Below are positions 33,401 to 39,900 of a stretch of 64,000 nucleotides of DNA, piece after piece. The DNA comes from a virus. The stretch lies in the IMG/VR virus record IMGVR_UViG_3300008267_000030, positions 8,150 to 72,149 of that record. One strand, given 5' to 3'. The first letter of the stretch is position 1; each line of letters begins with the position of its first letter. A model generated the notes under the pieces. The model saw only the letters and a program-made list of their open reading frames with translations, was not told the origin of the DNA and did not search any database. Both the position numbers and the translations under genes were made by a program.

Positions 33401-36400
33401 CGCTCATGGTGGTCTGGGCAATGTCCCGGGCCATTTTGACAACGATGCTTTCTACACGCTCCTGAATATCCGTATCGCTTATCCCGGGCAATAGTTTGCG
33501 CATGGCAACTATATTCAGCGGAGTCTTGTTCTTAATCGACTCCCGGATAGCGTTCTCAAACGGGTCTTCCTCAACAACCTCATCTGCTGGAGCAAAAATG
33601 TCTGTCAGAAGAGTGCCACGGATGTCTCTTGCGGTGTCCATCTGATCGAACACGTCCTCCTCAGCGTCCGATGCGTAGGCCAGGTAGGCTTTTTTCATCG
33701 CCTGAAACAGTTCGTCGGAGACGTCTCCAAGTTGCTGCTGTACCTGAATGATGATGTCAGCAAACTTGTAAATGCCGACCTTAATCATAATGCCCACAAC
33801 CTTAACGGCCTTCTCCAGAACCTCAGTCCTGATACCGTTCATTGTTGCCGGGCCTTGCTTTTTCATTTCGCCAAGCAGGTCCTTAAAGGCATCTTTAAGT
33901 TCATCCATACTGCCCTTCAACTTCTCTGCATTCTTAGCAGCAGCGTCGGCAAGTTTGGTGTCCTTAATTGTCTGAGTTCTTGACTTTTTGCCAGTCGTAG
34001 TTGTTACGGGCGGTCTTTCGACTTTTTCGTCTGGCTTGCTTCTCAAATCAAAATACATCTGGCCATTAGGTTTGGCTGGATTGTTATCCACAAACCCAAG
34101 GCTTTTGTAATATTGATATAGTTTGCTATCTACGCCAGTAAAGCCCATTCCCATATCCGCTCTGAGCGTAAGAATGTCTGCGCCAAGTTCCTTGGCTTTT
34201 CGCTTCATAGCCTCGATTACGGTCTTGCCATCGCCTTTGCCCTTCCCTTCTGCCCTACCAGCGTTTTCTATATTATTAAGATACGCTTCGTTTTTAGCCC
34301 AATCCGGCAGTTTTTGGTCTCCCTCTTCTTCAACAGTACTTACAATACCACCGTCAAAATTCAGGACGCCAGTAACGTCATTTAAGGCAAACGTGTATTC
34401 ATTGCCTTCCTGAGTAATTTTTATTTCGCCCGGCTTTGTAGCAGATAGTTTATTCTTCTCCCTTTCATATACTGCATTTATGGCCTCAATTCTCGGGGCA
34501 TCTACTTCTAATTCTCTATCATATTTGTCTGCTCTTTCGGTTTCGGATATTGATTGCCCTGCTATAGAAACGTATCTATGCATTATTGGGATAACCCTTT
34601 CTAATTCGGGGATTGTGTAGCCATAATAATTATAAATTTCAATGGCCTTTTTGTAAGCCCCATAAATCATGTCCCTTATTTCTTCGGGAACTTTATAAAA
34701 ATTTTCTCTGGCTTTATCCTTGTTAGAAAATTCGGATAGACTTATACGTTTAAACCATTCTTTACCTGTCTCTATACTTTCAATTAAGTCAGAAGGATAT
34801 GGAAGTCCGGCCTTTCTGGCCTCTTCTTTTATTTTTTCAACTCTGTATTGATCTACTATTTCATTTGCTCTTTCGGCAGGCATTTTTTCAATTTTGAATC
34901 TTATGCCTTGCTTGTTGTTAGCAAACAATCGAATCATTTCAGCCGCTTTATTGATACCTTCTTTTTCGGCACTATCGGCAATCGCAAGCAAAACCTTGCG
35001 TTCTTCTTCCGTGTGGACAAACGGTCGCTTTTCTTTTTCGGCTTGCTCCTGTTCTTTTCTTTGATTGCTGTAATCGGTATAAACTTGGCTTTGATTTGCT
35101 AAAGTAACTTTGCCTGCAGCCCCAAATTGTTTTAAATTTTCATTTTTGTATATTTTATCATACAATATACTTGCGGCTTTTTGCAGTTTATCACTATTTA
35201 AAATTTCCTCTATTGCGTCTTTTGCAGAGAAAGAAATTTCAATGGTTAATTTTAAGCCAGACGCTAATTCATATATTTCATACTGTAAGCCATCTTTTAC
35301 AAGTATTAAATCAATTTGGTCATAAATTGGATTGCCTGTTTTTATTCTTTCGCCAACTAACTCTTTGCCGTTATTGGTATTAAAAGTAATTTGCTTTTCA
35401 GGCTTTTGTCCTCCAAACAAATCTCCCTGCCTGGTCTCCATGCCCATCTCACGCTGATATGCAGCCAGCGCCTTGTCGGCTACTGCCTGGGCCATGTCAA
35501 CGGCGGTTTTTAGCCTGTCAAGTTTGTCTTTCAGCGCTTGCGGGCTTTCGTTCTGAACAAAGCCTAATGGATTGCTGCCAAATAATTCCTGCTGCGATCC
35601 ACGGGCCTGCTTCTTTACTTCGTTCTCGTATGCCTCTTTTGCGTTGGACAAACCAAGCATAGCCAATTCCAGATTGGCCAGGGCCTGCTTTTGTTCCGGG
35701 GTTAGGTTTCTTGTGAACTCACGCTCAGCAAACTCATTGTCCCAGGCGGAGCGCATTTTTTCGTACTCTTCATCGGACAGCGGTTTGCCAAACATCTTTT
35801 CAGACTCTTCAGCATCCTCCTGCTCCCGCTTAATGTACTCTTCCGCAATCTGCCTCTCCAGTTCTTGAAACTCTTCTTCAGACAATGCCTTGCGACCGGT
35901 CTCTTCCTGTTCCGCCTCTTCTTGAGTCTCTTCTTGCTGCATCATGTATTTGACGTACTCGTCTTCGTACTTGCTTGCATCATACTCGCCTGCGATTTCA
36001 AGAATCCTGCGGGCCATTTCAGCGAAATTTCTATAGTCTTGGATAGCGGTCTCAATAGCACTTGCAGCCTCCTGATAATCATAATCATTTGGAACAGCAT
36101 CTGGGTTGCCGCTATTTTCAGCCATGTAAGTCATAACCAACTCAGCCATAACATCTACTGTTTTTGGCCCAGTTTTTCTTATCATGAACTTCCTTGCCTT
36201 TACCTCACCCTCTATCTGCTTCTTATCATATTCAGCAAATCCGGTATTTTTACCGTACATACTGAACAACAATTCCTTGGTTATACCCTTTGACATTAAG
36301 ACCTGCAGAGCCGAAACTTCGTAGTTGTTCGGCATATCTACCAATGCAGCCTTTTTCATCAGACCCGGCTCACGCTCAACGGCGCCTCTCTTTTCCTCCC

Positions 36401-36497
36401 AAAACTTTGGGTTTTCGTAAAGGAACTGGCGGAACTCGTCGTAGTTGTACCGCTTACCTGTTTTCAGGTCGATGAATACGCAGGGCTTTAAAGACAT
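24417..36497 (-). CDS. giant DarB-like polyvalent virion protein: GNAT + N6-adenine DNA methyltransferase + Strawberry-notch SF2 helicase
   Basis: GNAT: GKGKGDGKTVIEAM...LYQYYKSLGF. MTase: LEPSAGNG, ANEID, VMNPPF. Helicase: GDMTGVGKGR, MDESHN, LSAT, QMLGRIDRTGQ. Confidence 0.88.
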   Translation of the reverse strand: MSLKPCVFIDLKTGKRYNYDEFRQFLYENPKFWEEKRGAVEREPGLMKKAALVDMPNNYEVSALQVLMSKGITKELLFSMYGKNTGFAEYDKKQIEGEVKARKFMIRKTGPKTVDVMAELVMTYMAENSGNPDAVPNDYDYQEAASAIETAIQDYRNFAEMARRILEIAGEYDASKYEDEYVKYMMQQEETQEEAEQEETGRKALSEEEFQELERQIAEEYIKREQEDAEESEKMFGKPLSDEEYEKMRSAWDNEFAEREFTRNLTPEQKQALANLELAMLGLSNAKEAYENEVKKQARGSQQELFGSNPLGFVQNESPQALKDKLDRLKTAVDMAQAVADKALAAYQREMGMETRQGDLFGGQKPEKQITFNTNNGKELVGERIKTGNPIYDQIDLILVKDGLQYEIYELASGLKLTIEISFSAKDAIEEILNSDKLQKAASILYDKIYKNENLKQFGAAGKVTLANQSQVYTDYSNQRKEQEQAEKEKRPFVHTEEERKVLLAIADSAEKEGINKAAEMIRLFANNKQGIRFKIEKMPAERANEIVDQYRVEKIKEEARKAGLPYPSDLIESIETGKEWFKRISLSEFSNKDKARENFYKVPEEIRDMIYGAYKKAIEIYNYYGYTIPELERVIPIMHRYVSIAGQSISETERADKYDRELEVDAPRIEAINAVYEREKNKLSATKPGEIKITQEGNEYTFALNDVTGVLNFDGGIVSTVEEEGDQKLPDWAKNEAYLNNIENAGRAEGKGKGDGKTVIEAMKRKAKELGADILTLRADMGMGFTGVDSKLYQYYKSLGFVDNNPAKPNGQMYFDLRSKPDEKVERPPVTTTTGKKSRTQTIKDTKLADAAAKNAEKLKGSMDELKDAFKDLLGEMKKQGPATMNGIRTEVLEKAVKVVGIMIKVGIYKFADIIIQVQQQLGDVSDELFQAMKKAYLAYASDAEEDVFDQMDTARDIRGTLLTDIFAPADEVVEEDPFENAIRESIKNKTPLNIVAMRKLLPGISDTDIQERVESIVVKMARDIAQTTMSDAEKLNAIENIYNYQPTLAQKDSTRVKLQQYSTPLPYAFIASSFAAAKNPTLTLEPSAGNGALTIAMDPARVVANEIDQERLSNLQSQGFAEVTNQDALLPFDGTYDAVVMNPPFGSKGLRVFGTETKYNLTGLDPIMVANALDSMTNNGVAAIIVGEHNSYADDGLIESTKYRKLLNYLYHYYNVLDVINVDGKLYYKQGTTYPTRLILINGRKQTPGGIAPIRSQVSDEMIAPVTDYNTLMARVQNAKDVLLQSKLDQGIVDSGKQGQTGTGKGAGGVGGGRGAGRGAGTTTTKKEKEEAELEEGDRTGIGEDFTGETKTGETQELDETDIDIEAEKVLYKPMSKGKSVGTYQPTAMAAETRRVLNQIQEQYGDIDEFVARELGYKNIGELHKGLYAEQVDAVAMAIAQIKTGNSLIVGDMTGVGKGRIAAAMIRYGVKQGKTPIFITQDGALFSDMYRDLKGIGAEALVPFIVNTDTKSNVTETDLATDEQKLIYKHQSKPEFTKALEYLRQKGELPKQFNYVMVTYSQVNSDRFPDKRSLLNLLAPGNILIMDESHNASGTSQTGEYIGGLVQNSQGTLFLSATWAKTPENMPIYALKTSIRDTGLSNEKLIEAITTGGVALQEIISAQLAQAGQMVRRERDFQGVEMNYTYPESEEVAQTQKQQADQVIRLVRLIIAFQRSYVSPAIKSIREDKLTEGVRVDEKKKSSDMGVKNTPFASKLFNVMQQLIFSIKAEQVAEEAINELKNNRKPVIGFQNTMESFLDDMGFAMQEVIPNIDFSLTLIRGLDKTLEYTEDDAAGKKKTKTLSPEQLGSEGTAAYYRLRAEIQQAVSGITISPIDVIKTKIEKAGYKVAELTGRETVIQILPNQGAILSKRAKPDKKKMVAEFNNGNIDVLLINASAATGLSMHASEDEKVKDKRQRIMIIAQPPFDVNTFIQMLGRIDRTGQVVRGAYNIMLSSIPAEGRFQIMLKKKVASLLANTTAQQESSSVDIQVADIINKYGDQIVTEYLVENPEINMLLNDPLKIGEQEDLSKVTVQDNAATEVLKRVALLYTKEQEAFYTEISARYEALINYLNSMDENDLKVVSVPLQAETLYRQVFFEGQHTGSPFGEDAVIEVVEANVLRKPMPAEQVRKNMEKATEGVAPTKYMADKIDEVNSYYENLTNEERERITGLMEKEIVVAKEQITANENFDKDFPLASEAEAQRERAKQQAEDAIRDAYAQRMEKSLKRINDQKILVKQYLNALKIGKIVKVPMMISERDSSPLSSVGVVMNIEFGKKTKNPFAPSNITFVIAIRDGRSQIKIPLSKSLILQQIVVRSNNVEQENLDSFFDKWDKETKKLKDREIRFIMSGNILMGYGQMKGNLVSYTTKDGKSRKGILYRPGQLKLEELAGQTPITNAYDQVMNTRRDVTSTNGEVTIEYNTRDSILILVPKSTKLGGKYFNDEELLSLSDSGEFRSYGRNMQARFNGENAKQALKVLAGSKFMLTIPGDKMPPEVVAEINERMRQQGQEVASSASSIQATADAAKKEYNPVIVGLDEYTRTDNGKKMVMARYRSLSDADFTTLRRIASANNGFYSSTARGFLFEKGSDAAKFQQSAEQAMYEQSAETTQIPQSLFDRLITKIEQLIEREKNLPPGSVAYSSIVPIPPQVARAISIGALRAAKAVIMAAKAANNFTKKTMQDALAAAEQYVRNYMSDPTKFKPSQVEDMVKRVSKLIQPVNPVDVAVEVVTENSELVAEITKATDKAFEKMSALIAKEGMKQARKQAINLMKTILGGAKVPLNPNLIEKILARFPNSNTDKAMLNFIEYAVGMIQSAEKIKALQSLVDKAKTELDKSYAGAEMKARLKPLLRTIEAHKVDPDKMDILSSMLYAFIQQMAGKNYKAVSIQRLVEMLVDQGAYIDQQTKIRRRAMMQARVDRMIDSGALPAGTSVDDYEQMLIEQAEQEAQNQAAAPAAPAQQSETADLLIPEITGLMSQARDKAAISGTPFVKRMMRWTGKINLNTLTDNELKRLHNILNDYIELDDLSDLGVYAARGEAQERLSRLNTLVNKFRQYKGDVTKFSLNNLLENVSSSEEAKDTLRAELYQREEVLFGDVKKRTDDNLQALETHIIENDMDERAVRATEVFNILAQAGSQNSTWQAWREAMMINWNKYLNKKMEEQRLMSSGYTNIFEKDILAEEIRIAEQTLNILENDFDPDQHQTLATTIDRSQAELAQMVRNFYAEISEEFRQNTAAFFSKLFDPTENPMYVSLNVIDRLGKGGIDESSNPTLTDTVFEEARIDRRESRTAIERTTFTNNAVVYGTDLLANFRKRYYQTLYQAKMTEELFVMDRMIKSEQFRNLFDPQYSDRTTKVILAFMEGVVDGQRYFGYIGVSDQPMIKKLVNGNIGAVLVDLGQYAKQSIGALQIKARVSFKLTGWALKTAILPTEAQKRWLDSTTTLRERTYQSESLVSKQYAELNKFAGKTWAKKLLVKIGDAIKNTRNFMAKYTIEKADRFVSAAALFAGYANSLNKQGLIQDPSEINWDEEIKNPNYNALAAAENLSDEINVPSNQTTKAEVLRSEKKSINDFTRKEINWMLAQFDLNAYNNFRNNWRTIMDMSGTVDAKERWSAGAKVFGILANTQTYAAVKIGMDILYQQVAIAIALWALGIDFEDEDEEERKRRQNRSLATSALLGVFNLFVGKYGNIAKIIPKVAFALGFAAFYKDKEQTEENKGTLKDPNTDLFYDPTGVPVVDLAVRQMEQIGKNIKKEDDGYELARTAGMLASFVTGFATIERITAKTTKEMSESPKRKDAKLAEKTDLLGEKKFDERKTKLFKYLKEGHEDYAQTIFEKMVGPVVSENYNENYNKTFQAIMDHLQTDRVRSQMKGSDYFGALAYGLGFAGKEINVTLPEGITGNIDVLMGRGYLNEGDIRRIVQRYENQYQEDMKMIETLKEVNPILGNALEKFFKPEGPGEGSLPQSYSIMRRMKKKGSLAYDIPE

Positions 36498-36498
36498 A

Positions 36499-36990
36499 TT
36501 ACTTGTTTCCTAATTCTTGGTCAAACAAAAGGGCTGCTGCAGAATTGCCATTTACAATGTTGTACCTGGCTAAAAGGTCTCCATACTCTCCAACTGCAAG
36601 TCGTTGTATATTAACCATTTCGTGCAGAAAAACTTGAAGCGACGCATCTTTTGTGTTCATGTATGCGTCCTCGTAAAAATCGTATAAATTTTTCTCTAAT
36701 TCATACGCTTCTTCCAATACTTCTCCAAGTTCTTCACATTCCACCGTTACCGAATCAATTACCGGAGAATCGATGATGTCGTTCTGGTCGTTTACAAAGT
36801 CCCGAATCTTGTAATAATGCTCGATTTCATCTGCTGATTCTTTCTCAAAAAACTTCTGCGCACCAAAATATCCCAGGCTCTGGCTCTTTGCTGCGGCGCT
36901 TTTGTAAAAATGGCTTGCGTACAATTCGTGTTCTGCAGCCTTGTTCATTGTCTTCTTCCCCTGGGAAGAAAGGATTGATTTTATTTTCAT
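36499..36990 (-). CDS. non-haem ferritin (FtnA-like)
   Basis: ELYASHFY, DEIEH, YELEK, IQ, FDQEL align by eye with FtnA E17/Y24/E50/H53/E94/Q127. Confidence 0.85.
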   Translation of the reverse strand: MKIKSILSSQGKKTMNKAAEHELYASHFYKSAAAKSQSLGYFGAQKFFEKESADEIEHYYKIRDFVNDQNDIIDSPVIDSVTVECEELGEVLEEAYELEKNLYDFYEDAYMNTKDASLQVFLHEMVNIQRLAVGEYGDLLARYNIVNGNSAAALLFDQELGNK

Positions 36991-39900
36991 GGACAGTCTT
37001 TTTTGATTTTGTTATCGTTCTCCAGTCTTGCTACAATTTTTTCAAAGTCTTTGGTAATCTTTCGCATTGCCGAAAACTTTTCGTCTCCAATTTCAGCACG
37101 GAGGTCGGCCCGCATCTTTTCCCCTTGCTTGCCAGTTGCGTCAAGGGCTGCGTCCATCCGGGTCCACTCGGTTTCTTCGACTTCTTCCTCTTCAGGAGCC
37201 TCCTCTTCCTTGCCCGCTTCCTCCTCGATAGCACCAGGCAAATACTCTGGCCGGATCGCCATTATTGTGTCCGGAGGCCAGGCCGCAAGGTCCTCGTTAA
37301 ATAATTCGGTAAGCGAATCGTCCTGCTCGTTTATGCCAAACAATATCTCGCCGTCTGCAAGCCGCTTCTCAGCGTCCATCTTGCTTTCTACGCCTTCTCC
37401 AAACTCCCCGACAGCATCGTGTAGTTCGTCCCCGACGTTGGCTACCCGCCTTTCTTTTCCGGTGTCTTGGACTCCTGGGGTCTTTTTCTTTCCAGTATCC
37501 TCCTGTTCAACTTTGCCAGCACCTTCTGCGCCCGGCTCCCTTCCGAATTTTTGATAGTGTTCATACCAAAGTGTATTTAATAAATTCTGTAACTCTTCAA
37601 TCATGTCAAGAGCGTAGGAGTTGTCAGACTCCTTTTCTCTTAACTCTGCTATTCTTCCCTCTGCCCACAGCCTTGTCTGCAGGAAATCCGTATCGTCCGT
37701 CTGGTCGGTTATGCCGTTCTCAAGCAGGTTTGCTATCCTGTCGGTCATATCCTTTTCAATGATGGCCTGGACTGATGTCCTGCGGTTTGGAGGCAATTCA
37801 GAATACAGTTCCTGCAACTGGCGCTCCTGCTCTTCCGGCGTCTCCTTTACTTCCAGTTTGTGCCTCTGGATGTCAACGTCAATAAGTACGTTCTCGTCTC
37901 TTATCTCAATCTTGCCGTCAGTAAGGTAAATGGAATTGCCTTTGGGGTCTTTGTTGATCCGGAACTCTTTGCCATTAACCATGGCGGTGTTCTCGTCAAT
38001 AACTTTGACCTGCTTTTTAGCCCGGTCTTTGCGCTGCTGCAGTTTGCTTTTAAGTCTTTCGGCTGCTGTCTTGCCCTGAACTTGTGTTGGCTCGGTGTAC
38101 AATTTTGCGCCCAAATCCTGCAGTGTTTGGCCTGCCGGTATCTCAATAGTTTTTGTAGGCGTTTCAATTGCAAGTTTGCCAGCGCCTTCGTCAATTACAG
38201 TACCTTTCTCGCCGCCAATAATTACTGTCTGGCCGACTTCTGGAGTTGGTATGCTTTCTACTTTTGGTTCTTTTGCTTTGTTATAAGCCTCTAAAAGTTG
38301 TGTTGCTTTTTCGTCATCAAGGCTAAACCAAACTTTTAAATTTTTAACATTAACTTCTTTGTAGGAATCCTTGAACATTTTTTCAAGTTCCTGCATTTCC
38401 CCAAAAGTGTATTCTTGCTTTTCTCCCGATGTTGAATCGGTCCAAATTATAGTATCGTCAACCGACTTGTCTTCTGTCTCATCGGTCAATCCCTCCGCCC
38501 GTTTTTTTATTTCTGGCAGGAAATGGTTGTACATCTCCACATACCGCTGGTCGATGTTCGGGATCGTACTAAAATCAACGTCGTTCAAATAATCGTCGAT
38601 AAACGCAAGCATCCGCTCCTCGTCAACCTTGTTCTCGTTTTTGAACCTGGAATACTCCTCGTCATCTACCAGAACTTCCTCGTCGGCTACATCTGTTGCA
38701 GCAGCCGTTGTTGTGGCTTTAGTTGTAACAGCCTTGCCCTTTCTTCTTCCAAAGGTTTTAAATTCATTAACAATGTCTGAATAAAACTTCAACATTGTCT
38801 TTTGAAAATCAGTAGCCTTTTCTGTATTTTTATTTATTTCGGCTTGATACTCTTCTTGTTTTGACTGAAAATACGCTATTGGACTTTCTTTTAGCAAAGC
38901 CAGTTCTTTCTTATAATTTTCAAGGTCTTCTTTTTCGACTTTATCGAGGTCCGGATTACTGCTTAAATCGTTTATTTCCCTTTCTAAGGTTTGGGTTGCT
39001 ATTTCAACCCTGCTTTTTAACCTATCGTCAGTTGGCGTTTGGTTAAGGTCCTGCTTTAGCGCATCGTTAAACAAATTTTGAACCTCAACGTAATCAGGGT
39101 TTTTCTTGTTGTCAAAGTACCCGCCAAATGCTATTTCCCTTTTTTTGATAAATTCTTTAAAAAGGTCGTTTTCAAACAACTTTACAGCCTGTTCTTTTGT
39201 ATAAAAATACTCGTCTCCGTTTAGTAGAGTTACGGCAAACAAATCTGGCGAAGCGCCTTTTTGAAAAACATTATTGAAAAGTTCTTTGTACCGAGCAGCA
39301 TCTTCTAAGCGACCTTCTTTTTCAGCGTTTTCATACTGATTAAGCAGCAAGAAACCAACCTTTGTGGCAAGCGGAGTCAATTTACTTTTGCTTGCCATCT
39401 GTTGAAACTTGTCAAAGTTATCAACCTGAATCGCAAGCGCATCTGCCTGTTCTTTGGATAACTTACCGCCTGTAAACAAATTGCTTACAAGCGCCCCAGT
39501 AAAGTTTTTGCCTTTTTCTCGCTGTATGTCCATAAAGGACTGGGACATATTCACGTCATTAAATAGCAGGCTTTGCTTTGCCAGGAATGACTTGGCCTCC
39601 CTTTCGGCCATAGTTTTTGCTGTGTATTCTCTGGCTCCTGTAAATGCTGCTGGCGCTCCTCCCATAAAAAAAGACGGCGCAGTTGCAACCATTGTCTCTC
39701 TGAACTTTTCATAGTTCATTGCCTTGTATGCGTTGTAGAACTTATCGTTGTTAGCGATAACCTCCTCCATTGCATTTTGCGGGAACTCTTGCAGTACGCC
39801 TTCTGTAAAATATTCTAATGACCCCGACTTTAACGCTTTTGTCAAGGTGCTTCCTTTCATTACATTAAAAAAGGGAAGAACCTCCAACGTGTAAGTTGGC

